Shown: in pieces, positions 24,835 through 33,048 of the stretch
How positions within the stretch are numbered: position 1 is the stretch's first letter
Layout of the letters: each line of letters begins with the position of its first letter
Source of the DNA: a phage
Sequence record: PZ715804.1
Length of the DNA: 49,773 bases
Reading direction: 5' to 3' (one strand)
Program-made: the position numbers and the translations under genes
The notes under the pieces: generated by a model
Told to the model about the DNA's origin: nothing
Database searches by the model: none
The model's input: the letters and a program-made list of their open reading frames with translations, nothing else

Positions 24835-25469
24835 AATTTGAATGCGTATCGAGTAGTGGATCGGGCTTTAAGTGGGGCAGGGTGTACGAAGGCGCTAGAG
24901 TGAATGATGACAGCTTCGTTATTGTTGATGAGCACGGTTGCAACGTGAATGTTGTCCGGCTCCACGAATATCAGGAAATTTTTCTGCCGTATTGCAATAG
25001 TTCAAAATACATCGTCCATCGAATCGTGTATGGTGTTAAATTTAACGACGTAATCGAAGCAATCAACCAACTGCATAATAAAGAGGTAAAATTTATGAAA
25101 TTCGAATGTATCAGCGATAACACCAAAAAATTCACTGTTGGCAAAATCTACGATGTGCCTACTGAGCACGCAAAGCACACTGTAGCGCTTACTGACGACA
25201 CGGGCCGTCACCGCATTGCAACCGTAACTCACAATGGTGAAGGTCTTCGCTGGAATAGCGGCGGCACTAAGTTTGCAACGTTCGGCAAGAAGCGTAAGCG
25301 CACTTTTTGCGTAAATGGCAAGGTTGCAGCAAACAAGATCCACAACGTCAAGCCGTCGGAAGTTGACCGTAAGCCAGCAATGAAGTTTGAAGAGAAAGCA
25401 GATTTGTCTGGTCTGGCTATCGCTCTTGTTCTCCTGGTCGCTTCTATTTCGCTGATGTTCATCATGTAA
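24831..25469 (+). CDS. membrane-anchored protein with two tandem MKFEC-type small domains and C-terminal transmembrane helix
   Basis: 212 aa; internal repeat MKFECVSSSGSGFKWGRVYEG / MKFECISDNTKKFTVGKIYDV; C-terminal LAIALVLLVASISLMFIM. Confidence 0.5.
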   Translation: MKFECVSSSGSGFKWGRVYEGARVNDDSFVIVDEHGCNVNVVRLHEYQEIFLPYCNSSKYIVHRIVYGVKFNDVIEAINQLHNKEVKFMKFECISDNTKKFTVGKIYDVPTEHAKHTVALTDDTGRHRIATVTHNGEGLRWNSGGTKFATFGKKRKRTFCVNGKVAANKIHNVKPSEVDRKPAMKFEEKADLSGLAIALVLLVASISLMFIM

Positions 25470-25476
25470 TGTTAAC

Positions 25477-25510
25477 GGGGAATCGGCTCTGAACGGTTCC
25501 CCTTTCTTTT
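25477..25510 (+). terminator. terminator-like hairpin plus T-run fused to the following RBS
   Basis: GGGGAA...TTCCCC then TTTCTTTT then GGAG. Confidence 0.45.
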
Positions 25511-25522
25511 GGAGAAAATTCT

Positions 25523-25633
25523 ATGCCAGACTTTTCTAACTGGAATAACGAGCCGCCATCATTTCAGGAGTTGCTATTCTGCCTCCTGGTTCTGACAATA
25601 TCTCTTAAGGGTGTTTTATGGCTACTATCATGA
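25523..25633 (+). CDS. small hydrophobic peptide
   Basis: 36 aa, not in track; ATG behind terminator-like hairpin plus GGAG RBS. Confidence 0.3.
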   Translation: MPDFSNWNNEPPSFQELLFCLLVLTISLKGVLWLLS

Positions 25634-25836
25634 CAACGGAAGATGCAGCGCGTGACGCAGTGGAAGGGATGCGCCCAAATACCTCCAGAATCGCACACTA
25701 CTACAATTTTGACGTGTCGGCAGTGCAACTGGTCCATGAAATTTTAAGGCTTCCACAAGTCGATTCAGCGCGCGTGGTGACGTGCTTAAAAAATTATTTT
25801 TGCATCACTATTAAAACGAATAGCACGAATTGCTAA
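25618..25836 (+). CDS. hypothetical protein
   Basis: 72 aa; C-terminus ...TNSTNC* read through the repeated motif. Confidence 0.4.
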   Translation: MATIMTTEDAARDAVEGMRPNTSRIAHYYNFDVSAVQLVHEILRLPQVDSARVVTCLKNYFCITIKTNSTNC

Positions 25837-25868
25837 AACCTATCAAGGGGAATGCGCTATGATTCCCC
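25821..25868 (+). promoter_or_regulatory. motif-spacer-(-10)-hairpin cassette
   Basis: TAGCACGAATTGCTAAAAC, 22 nt spacer, TATGAT in hairpin GGGGAAT...ATTCCCC. Confidence 0.55.
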
Positions 25869-25893
25869 TACACCAAAAAACGAGGGAACACTC

Positions 25894-26340
25894 ATGAAAC
25901 ATTTGATTTGCATTGAAACGCCTAACGATGAATACACCCTGCACGGCATCGGAATGTTCAAAGGTCACTACATGACAGCAAGCATTTATGATGCGCGTCG
26001 CGGCGATGGCGATCTGATGATTAACTCAAAAGAGGTTAATCCGTACATCATGCAGAATCTTGGAAATAACGAATATATGGCCTACGGCTGCAATGCGGTG
26101 TACAAGAATATCAAGATCCGCAAGCGCGTCGTGCGAGCATTCAAGAAGATTGCAATGAAATACTGGAAAATGAGCAAGAAAGATGCCGGACGTTGGGCGC
26201 GCAACGTTGCAGATTCATACTTCTATCGTAACGGCGAATCCTGCTACTTTCTGATCGATGAGCTTATGGAAAACTACGGTGGCGACTTCAGTCAGGGTAG
26301 CTTTGACGCCTGGGCTGACTACGAGGTCGATTACTGGTAA
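25894..26340 (+). CDS. hypothetical protein
   Basis: Start at internal Met (MKHLICIET) behind GAGGGAA RBS, downstream of cassette 25821-25868. Confidence 0.5.
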   Translation: MKHLICIETPNDEYTLHGIGMFKGHYMTASIYDARRGDGDLMINSKEVNPYIMQNLGNNEYMAYGCNAVYKNIKIRKRVVRAFKKIAMKYWKMSKKDAGRWARNVADSYFYRNGESCYFLIDELMENYGGDFSQGSFDAWADYEVDYW

Positions 26341-26387
26341 TAGCACGAATTGCTAAAACTTGCTCAAGGGCATTTGATAGAATGCCC
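26341..26387 (+). promoter_or_regulatory. motif-spacer-(-10)-hairpin cassette
   Basis: TAGCACGAATTGCTAAAAC, 22 nt spacer, TAGAAT in hairpin GGGCAT...ATGCCC. Confidence 0.55.
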
Positions 26388-26423
26388 TTCGTTGAGTTAA
26401 GCAACCAATCAGAGGAATAAATC

Positions 26424-27035
26424 ATGGATAAAATTACCATTTGGGGCCAGACAATCAACCTGTTTCTCGGCACGCGCCGCGTAGCAATCTTTGACTTTGA
26501 TGGAACACTTAGCGATGGATCTGGTCGACTTCACCTGCTACCTACAAAGGATTTGCACTTAACTGAAAGCTGGTCCGAGTTTAACCGCGCGGCAATATTT
26601 GACAACCCTATCCAAAGCACGATCGATGTGATGAACTCTATGTATGCCGCTGGTCATCATGTGATCATTTTAACCGGGCGAAGTGATGAGGTGCGTTACG
26701 CATCTGAGTTGTGGCTTAAGCATCACGGCGCTCGATATGATTACCTGATTATGCGACCATACACCGATAACCGGAAAGACACAGTAATGAAAGAAGAGGC
26801 GGTGCGCGCGATCGGCATTGATAACATTCTGGCGGCCTGGGATGACTCACCGCAAATTATTCCATTATTCCGCTCACTTGGAATAACCACTTACGCTGTA
26901 GTTGACTATGGCGATAAAGTTCACGATCATTTAAAATCTCACGGGGTAGATGAGGTTTGCAATCATGAACCATCTGAGCCGCTACCGCCATTTGGTGAGA
27001 AAATTTGCATTAAGTGCAAGGAGTTATTGAAGTGA
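26424..27035 (+). CDS. HAD-superfamily phosphatase
   Basis: 203 aa; motif I DFDGTLSDG; ACCAATCAGAGGA RBS context. Confidence 0.65.
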   Translation: MDKITIWGQTINLFLGTRRVAIFDFDGTLSDGSGRLHLLPTKDLHLTESWSEFNRAAIFDNPIQSTIDVMNSMYAAGHHVIILTGRSDEVRYASELWLKHHGARYDYLIMRPYTDNRKDTVMKEEAVRAIGIDNILAAWDDSPQIIPLFRSLGITTYAVVDYGDKVHDHLKSHGVDEVCNHEPSEPLPPFGEKICIKCKELLK

Positions 27036-27143
27036 ACCTATACGAATTTATTGCAGCACATCCGGTACTAACAGTTATCATTCTGTTAATCATAAACTCC
27101 ACCATCATCAATGTGGCGAAATTATTTTTAGGGAGATACTGAC

Positions 27144-27716
27144 ATGAAAACAGCTATCATTTTAAACGGTGCGCCTGGCGCGGGAAAAGACACTATAGGG
27201 TGCATCCTGGCTGACACTTACGATCATGTAGCGCTACGCAGCTTTAAAGCTCCAATGTTTGAGATTGCCCGAGCAATCCTGGGTGAGACTAATTTTGAGT
27301 ATTTCATGTTCTTGTATGAGGACCGTCGCTATAAAGAAGAGCCAGCATCAATCCTGAACGGTAAAAGCCCGCGCCAGTTTATGATCTGGATTAGCGAGGA
27401 GGTTATCAAGCCGCAGTTCGGAAATCGCTTCTTCGGTATGCGAGCGGAAAGCAAGGTGAAAGAGTCTCACTCCCTTTCGGTATTTACTGACGGTGGATTC
27501 AAAGACGAAATCTTGCAGATGATTGAAGGTGAAATCCAGGTCAAGCTATGTCGAATCCATCGCAACGGTTGCAACTTTGACAACGACAGTCGCGACTACA
27601 TCTATCTTGACGATATGATCGGGGTCAACGGTTATCAGGAATGTGACTTCTTCTCTGTCGAAGGTCATCCAGAAATTACCGCTCAGCACATAGCCGCCAC
27701 GTTCATCAACAAATAG
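27144..27716 (+). CDS. P-loop kinase (nucleotide or polynucleotide kinase-like)
   Basis: 190 aa; Walker A GAPGAGKDT at N-terminus; stop TAG begins a motif copy. Confidence 0.6.
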   Translation: MKTAIILNGAPGAGKDTIGCILADTYDHVALRSFKAPMFEIARAILGETNFEYFMFLYEDRRYKEEPASILNGKSPRQFMIWISEEVIKPQFGNRFFGMRAESKVKESHSLSVFTDGGFKDEILQMIEGEIQVKLCRIHRNGCNFDNDSRDYIYLDDMIGVNGYQECDFFSVEGHPEITAQHIAATFINK

Positions 27717-27762
27717 CACGAATTGCTAAAACGTCGGTGGGGTGACTTGATATAGTTACCTC
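27714..27762 (+). promoter_or_regulatory. motif-spacer-(-10)-hairpin cassette
   Basis: TAGCACGAATTGCTAAAAC, 22 nt spacer, TATAGT in imperfect hairpin. Confidence 0.55.
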
Positions 27763-27788
27763 ATCGACAACGAAGAGAGAAAATCGAA

Positions 27789-27998
27789 ATGATGGTATCA
27801 ACTGACAAGTTTTTCACTTGCACTAAAACTTCTGAAGTATTCGAACTGGTTCATACTGATAATGGTGACTTCATGCATGACGGTTGCGACGTTTTCATTG
27901 AAGTGAAAGAAAGCGACTATGACTATGGGGTTTATTATAACCCGGCAGTGAACACTCAGTTTTTTACACCGATCGAAGAGGAAGGAGAAGAAGCATGA
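27789..27998 (+). CDS. hypothetical protein
   Basis: 69 aa; downstream of cassette 27714-27762. Confidence 0.45.
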   Translation: MMVSTDKFFTCTKTSEVFELVHTDNGDFMHDGCDVFIEVKESDYDYGVYYNPAVNTQFFTPIEEEGEEA

Positions 27999-28339
27999 TC
28001 ACGATTAACCTGTCAGATAAACAAGCGCGTGAAATCCTCGATACTATCGGCGAACAGCTTCACGTAAAAGGCGCTACCGCTGAGATTCTTAACCAGATCG
28101 AAAGACAGCTAACCCCGGTGTCGACGAATCAGGCTGAGTTCTCAATCTGGAAAAGCGAGCGAATCCTGCCAAATATCATCAAGGCATGGAAGCGCAAGAA
28201 TAAAAAAGAAATCAATGTTGATGACTTATTTTCTGATGAATTAAGTCCTTCAAAGGTTGCTCAATATCAGTTGCGATACATGGAATCAGTTTGCAATCAG
28301 GTTTTAAATGTCAACTTTTCATTCGGGAGTGGTAAATAA
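27995..28339 (+). CDS. hypothetical protein
   Basis: 114 aa; start overlaps previous stop. Confidence 0.5.
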   Translation: MITINLSDKQAREILDTIGEQLHVKGATAEILNQIERQLTPVSTNQAEFSIWKSERILPNIIKAWKRKNKKEINVDDLFSDELSPSKVAQYQLRYMESVCNQVLNVNFSFGSGK

Positions 28340-28569
28340 TGTTTGGTTTAAGTGAAGCGGAATGGAACGTGGTAAAGCGCGCGGCGAAGGAATTGAATAA
28401 ATTCGTTAGCGGAATGAAGAAAGAAGATCGCAAAAACGAAAAGATTATGATTGATGTGATCTCAACTCATCACAAAAAGGTTGAGCTACTCATCGACCGC
28501 TACAAGTTTGTATGGGCCGCCGGATATATTGCAGGGCGCGTAGGTAACAAAGAGGGTGATTACGAATAA
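28339..28569 (+). CDS. hypothetical protein
   Basis: 76 aa; start overlaps previous stop. Confidence 0.45.
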   Translation: MFGLSEAEWNVVKRAAKELNKFVSGMKKEDRKNEKIMIDVISTHHKKVELLIDRYKFVWAAGYIAGRVGNKEGDYE

Positions 28570-28772
28570 TGGCTAACTTACCGAAGAAAGGCGATCAGGT
28601 TCGATGTGTTACATCACGCAATGGTGATGCTTTCTCAGCGGGATGCTTGTATGACGTTGAAAAAGTAAGTAAAGCAAAGAGACTCGTATTTGTATACGGA
28701 GACGATGGAAATATTCATGAGATTGACTACCCGCAGGATATTACTAAGGGCCAATTTGAAATTAATGATTGA
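28569..28772 (+). CDS. small hypothetical protein (MKxxKC-like small domain)
   Basis: 67 aa; segment QVRCVTSRNGDAFSAGCLYDV. Confidence 0.45.
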   Translation: MANLPKKGDQVRCVTSRNGDAFSAGCLYDVEKVSKAKRLVFVYGDDGNIHEIDYPQDITKGQFEIND

Positions 28773-28936
28773 CCTGAATCTCTGAGCGGTGATAGTATTA
28801 ATCCCGTAGACAGACGAGGCGCAAATAAGCGCAACGCGTGAGACGATTCTCACACTTCCAGCTAACAAGCTCGGTTGCATAGTGGTTAAGCAACGCCGCA
28901 GACCCGTAAGCGGCAACAATTCAAGAGGATTGCATA

Positions 28937-29098
28937 ATGCAAAAAACTAAAGACGAATCAGTCAAAATTGAAATTAAAGTAACTCGCAACGGTGAAACCA
29001 CTAGTTATAAAAAACGATTAAATCCTGGCGAGGCTGTTATTGGTCGCATTGCTGGCGTTATGATTAAGGCGCAGGAAGATGAAGCGATTCAAAGTTAA
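28937..29098 (+). CDS. small hypothetical protein
   Basis: 53 aa, not in track; ATG after AAGAGGA RBS. Confidence 0.35.
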   Translation: MQKTKDESVKIEIKVTRNGETTSYKKRLNPGEAVIGRIAGVMIKAQEDEAIQS

Positions 29099-29264
29099 AT
29101 TAATTATTCGAAAGATGGGAATGTTTTGCCAGTCGTGCAAGCAATCTTTCGAAACTGAATTATCAGCAACCAGTCAGGATGAAGCCATCACGAAAGCAAA
29201 AAAACTTTCCGGCGCTAACCTTGACACTCACAAAATAAATATTGAATTAATCAAGGAGATTTAA
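29079..29264 (+). CDS. small hypothetical protein (start uncertain)
   Basis: ORF track; contains CQSC pair; overlaps previous ORF. Confidence 0.3.
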   Translation: MKRFKVKLIIRKMGMFCQSCKQSFETELSATSQDEAITKAKKLSGANLDTHKINIELIKEI

Positions 29265-29265
29265 C

Positions 29266-29493
29266 ATGACAATTTTTTTATTGATTATCGCTGGTGTCAT
29301 TATTTTTGGTGCTGGTTTGTTTGCTGGCTTCGCACTTGTGGCGGCAGCAATTGCGATGGACGCGAAGGATAAAACTGGTGTATGGCTGACCTACTCGCCT
29401 AAGAAGGATCAATGGGAAATGACTGGCGACCTTGCTCACTGCTACTCTAAAGCTCAGACCCACCCTAAAGGCATTAAACGACGATTATCGTGA
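29266..29493 (+). CDS. small membrane protein
   Basis: 75 aa; N-terminal hydrophobic stretch then charged tail; AAGGAG RBS; strong terminator follows. Confidence 0.45.
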   Translation: MTIFLLIIAGVIIFGAGLFAGFALVAAAIAMDAKDKTGVWLTYSPKKDQWEMTGDLAHCYSKAQTHPKGIKRRLS

Positions 29494-29502
29494 TAAATAC
29501 TA

Positions 29503-29524
29503 ACCCGCTTCGGCGGGTTTTTTT
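29503..29524 (+). terminator. intrinsic terminator ending the early rightward block
   Basis: ACCCGC-TTCG-GCGGGT then TTTTTTT. Confidence 0.8.
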
Positions 29525-29544
29525 ATGCCTGCAATATGGTAAAA

Positions 29545-29563
29545 TAGCACTAAATGTTAAACA
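29545..29563 (+). promoter_or_regulatory. motif copy directly upstream of the small terminase RBS (start of late operon)
   Basis: TAGCACTAAATGTTAAACA then AAAGAGGA RBS; follows strong terminator. Confidence 0.4.
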
Positions 29564-29577
29564 AAGAGGATGGATTT

Positions 29578-30102
29578 ATGAGTGAACCTAAGAACGCCCC
29601 CGTAGTCCAGGGAGGTAATTTCAAAGAGCTATACAAGAAAAAGTTCGGCACTGTTCTTGCTAAAAACCGGGCAATGACGCCTGAGCAACTATTCGATCTG
29701 TCAGTTAAGTATTTCGAATGGGCTGAGGACAACGCAATCAAGGCGTCAGAATCAGCCAGCTTTCAGGGTGGCGTTTATGAATCGCTAGTTCATAAGCCGC
29801 GAGTCTTCACCTGGACCGGATACCGACTATTCATCGGTGCAAGCGAGGCAGCAATCATTAAGTGGAAGCGAGAGGAAGAATACAGTGAGGTTATGGAGTT
29901 TGTGGAATCGGTAATCAACGAGCAAAAATTCCAGCTTGCCGCCAACGGTGTTATTAATGCCTCCTTTATCGGTAAGGATCTCGGAATCGATAAGCCAGCC
30001 TCAATCAATATCGAAAACTCGTCAGCTTCCGCATCGACAGTAGTCGCCACCACTGAGGATGCAATGAAAGAGGCAGTAAATAGCATTCTTGACATGCTTT
30101 AA
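29578..30102 (+). CDS. terminase small subunit (putative)
   Basis: Start at internal Met (MSEPKN) behind AAAGAGGA RBS; position immediately upstream of large terminase. Confidence 0.6.
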   Translation: MSEPKNAPVVQGGNFKELYKKKFGTVLAKNRAMTPEQLFDLSVKYFEWAEDNAIKASESASFQGGVYESLVHKPRVFTWTGYRLFIGASEAAIIKWKREEEYSEVMEFVESVINEQKFQLAANGVINASFIGKDLGIDKPASINIENSSASASTVVATTEDAMKEAVNSILDML

Positions 30103-30108
30103 CGTTAC

Positions 30109-30124
30109 GGGCGCGCGAGCGCCC
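30109..30124. repeat. GC-only perfect palindrome GGGCGC-GCGA-GCGCCC between the two terminase genes
   Basis: 6 bp arms; no T-run follows. Confidence 0.5.
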
Positions 30125-30141
30125 ACATGGGAGACTTAATC

Positions 30142-31710
30142 ATGATTCAATGGGAAGACCTTAACGCAACGCAGAAGTTAGCGATCAAGAAAATGAGCGA
30201 GGCCAATTTCGAAAAAATGATTCGGATCTGGTTCCAGCTTATGCAGGCGCAGCAGTTCCAGCCTAACTGGCATCACCTTTACCTATGTCACGAAGTGGAG
30301 GAAATAATTGCAGGCCGACGCGGCAACACTATCTTTAACGTCACGCCTGGTTCCGGTAAAACTGAAGTGTTCTCAATTCACCTTCCGGTATACGCAATGC
30401 TCAAGTGTAAAAAGGTGCGAAACCTTAACGTGTCGTTTGCCGACAGCTTGGTTAAGCGTAACAGTAAGCGTGTCCGTGAGATTATCAGCAGCAACGAATT
30501 TCAAGAGCTATGGCCTTGCAAGTTCGGCACATCGAAAGACGAGGAGATGCAGGTTCTTAACGAAGATGGAAAGGTTTGGTTTGAGTTGATATCCGCAGCG
30601 GCTGGAGGTCGTATTACAGGTTCGCGTGGTGGCTACATGACGCCGGGATTCTCCGGTATGGTAATGCTCGACGATATCGACAAGCCTGATGATATGTTCT
30701 CAAAGGTTAAGCGTGAGCGTACGCATATGCTACTGAAGAACACCATTCGCTCGCGCCGTATGCACAACGAAACGCCAATCATCGCAATTCAGCAGCGACT
30801 ACACGCACAGGATTCAACATGGTTCATGATGAATGGCGGGATGGGGATCGAGTTTGATCAAATCTCAATTCCGGCACTGGTGACTGAAGAATACGGAAAG
30901 ACGCTTCCTGACTGGTTACAACCATACTTCGAGCGCGACGTTTTGTCGTCTGAGTATGTAGAATTGGATGGAGTTAAGCATTACTCATTCTGGCCCAGCA
31001 AGGAAAGCGTTCACGACCTGTTAGCTCTTCGAGAAGCGGACCAGTATACCTTTGACTCTCAGTATCAGCAGAAGCCGATCGCGCTTGGTGGCTCCGTGTT
31101 CAATTCGGAGTGGTGGACTTATTACGGCAGCAGCCTTGACGCTGATGAGCCGGATCCTGGTAAATATGATTACCGTTTTATCACCGCTGATACCGCTCAG
31201 AAGACAGGTGAGCTAAACGACTACACAGTCTTTTGTTTATGGGGTAAGAAAAACGATAAGGTTTACTTTATCGACGGCATTCGCGGAAAGTGGGAAGCGC
31301 CGGATATGGAGAAGCAATTTACCGCTTTCGTCAACCAAGCATGGAGGCACAATAAATCAATGGGGGTGCTTCGTAAAATCTATGTGGAAGATAAGGCGAG
31401 TGGTACGGGCTTAATCCAGAATCTAAGGAAAAAGACTCCGATATCCATCACTCCATTGCAGCGTAACAAAGACAAAGTTACCCGAGCTATGGATGCCCAG
31501 CCAGTTATTAAAGCCGGGCGCGTGGTTCTGCCAGAAGAGCACCCCATGCTTGCGGAAATTATCGCGGAACATAGCGCGTTCACTTACGATGACACGCATC
31601 CGCACGACGATATTGTCGATAACTTCATGGACGCTGCAAACATTGAACTACTGACAATTGACGATCCTATCGAGAGAATGAAGCGACTCGCCGGGATGGT
31701 TAAGCGGTAA
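30142..31710 (+). CDS. terminase large subunit
   Basis: About 522 aa; Walker A-like VTPGSGKTEV, Walker B-like MVMLDDIDKPDD; start at second ATG behind GGGAGA RBS. Confidence 0.85.
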   Translation: MIQWEDLNATQKLAIKKMSEANFEKMIRIWFQLMQAQQFQPNWHHLYLCHEVEEIIAGRRGNTIFNVTPGSGKTEVFSIHLPVYAMLKCKKVRNLNVSFADSLVKRNSKRVREIISSNEFQELWPCKFGTSKDEEMQVLNEDGKVWFELISAAAGGRITGSRGGYMTPGFSGMVMLDDIDKPDDMFSKVKRERTHMLLKNTIRSRRMHNETPIIAIQQRLHAQDSTWFMMNGGMGIEFDQISIPALVTEEYGKTLPDWLQPYFERDVLSSEYVELDGVKHYSFWPSKESVHDLLALREADQYTFDSQYQQKPIALGGSVFNSEWWTYYGSSLDADEPDPGKYDYRFITADTAQKTGELNDYTVFCLWGKKNDKVYFIDGIRGKWEAPDMEKQFTAFVNQAWRHNKSMGVLRKIYVEDKASGTGLIQNLRKKTPISITPLQRNKDKVTRAMDAQPVIKAGRVVLPEEHPMLAEIIAEHSAFTYDDTHPHDDIVDNFMDAANIELLTIDDPIERMKRLAGMVKR

Positions 31711-31727
31711 TAAATGAGATATAATCA

Positions 31728-31752
31728 GGGCTGTCAATTGACGGCCCTTTTT
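31728..31752 (+). terminator. terminator-RBS junction between terminase and portal genes
   Basis: GGGCTGTC-AATT-GACGGCCC then TTTTT then ATTGGAGGA. Confidence 0.6.
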
Positions 31753-31764
31753 ATTGGAGGAAAC

Positions 31765-33048
31765 ATGAAAATTGTTAAGCATGATGGATATAACGATATT
31801 TTTAACGGCGGTGCAGACGGATCGCCTAAGCCATTCTTTATGTCTGATGCATCATATCACGTCGGTTCTTTCTACAACGACAACGCAACCGCGAAGCGAA
31901 TTGTGGATGTTATCCCGGAAGAGATGGTGACGGCTGGTTTTAAAATGTCAGGCGTTAAGGATGAAAAAGAGTTCAAGTCTTTATGGGATAGCTACAAACT
32001 TGATTCAAGTCTGGTGGATCTTCTTTGTTGGGCGCGACTTTACGGTGGCGCGGCGATGGTGGCAATCATCAACGACAACCGGATGTTAACCAGTCAGGCA
32101 AAGCCTGGAGCCAAACTTGAAGGCGTCCGAGTTTACGATCGATTTGCTATCACTGTTGAAAAGCGAGTCACCAATGCAAGATCCCCTCGCTATGGTGAGC
32201 CTGAAATCTACAAGGTATCCCCTGGCGACAATATGCAGCCGTATCTGATTCATCACTCAAGAGTCTTTATTGCTGATGGTGAGCGAGTAACGCAACAGGC
32301 AAGAAAACAGAATCAAGGATGGGGAGCATCGGTATTGAACAAGTCACTGATTGATGCAATCTGTGACTATGATTACTGTGAATCTCTGGCTACTCAGATC
32401 TTGAGACGTAAGCAACAGGCTGTATGGAAGGTCAAAGGTCTTGCCGAAATGTGTGATGATGATGATGCTCAGTACGCCGCGCGCCTGCGACTTGCTCAGG
32501 TTGATGATAACTCCGGCGTGGGCCGTGCGATCGGTATCGATGCTGAGACTGAGGAATATGACGTTCTCAACTCTGATATCAGCGGAGTTCCTGAGTTCTT
32601 ATCAAGCAAGATGGACCGCATCGTCTCCCTATCCGGGATCCATGAGATTATCATCAAGAATAAGAACGTAGGCGGCGTATCAGCGAGCCAAAACACAGCG
32701 CTTGAGACTTTCTATAAGCTAGTCGATCGCAAGCGCGAGGAAGATTACAGGCCGCTTCTTGAGTTCTTGTTGCCGTTCATTGTTGATGAGGAAGAGTGGT
32801 CGATCGAGTTTGAGCCTTTGTCTGTTCCGAGTAAGAAAGAGGAATCAGAGATCACGAAGAATAACGTTGAGTCAGTCACGAAGGCTATCACTGAGCAAAT
32901 CATCGATCTGGAAGAAGCTCGCGACACGTTGCGATCCATTGCCCCTGAGTTCAAACTCAAGGATGGTAATAACATCAACATTCGCGAACCGGAAGAAACA
33001 ACCGAACCGGAGCCGGGATTAGGGGAGAAGTTAGAAGATGAAAATTAA
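31765..33048 (+). CDS. portal protein (putative)
   Basis: About 427 aa; start behind terminator plus GGAGGA RBS; acidic C-terminus; position after terminase. Confidence 0.6.
   Translation: MKIVKHDGYNDIFNGGADGSPKPFFMSDASYHVGSFYNDNATAKRIVDVIPEEMVTAGFKMSGVKDEKEFKSLWDSYKLDSSLVDLLCWARLYGGAAMVAIINDNRMLTSQAKPGAKLEGVRVYDRFAITVEKRVTNARSPRYGEPEIYKVSPGDNMQPYLIHHSRVFIADGERVTQQARKQNQGWGASVLNKSLIDAICDYDYCESLATQILRRKQQAVWKVKGLAEMCDDDDAQYAARLRLAQVDDNSGVGRAIGIDAETEEYDVLNSDISGVPEFLSSKMDRIVSLSGIHEIIIKNKNVGGVSASQNTALETFYKLVDRKREEDYRPLLEFLLPFIVDEEEWSIEFEPLSVPSKKEESEITKNNVESVTKAITEQIIDLEEARDTLRSIAPEFKLKDGNNINIREPEETTEPEPGLGEKLEDEN

Noticed and set aside
7135-27762. Repeated motif interpreted as a CRISPR array or attC-type recombination sites
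   Set aside because: Copies are separated by whole genes of varied length (200-1100 bp), occur on both strands, and each is coupled to a -10-like box and RBS; no cas genes or integrase are present.
28773-28936. Possible tRNA gene (D-arm-like GTTGC-ATAGTGGTTAA-GCAAC)
   Set aside because: No T-arm (GTTCRA-type loop), anticodon loop would be 10 nt, and no acceptor stem pairing could be built; kept only as a structured non-coding segment.
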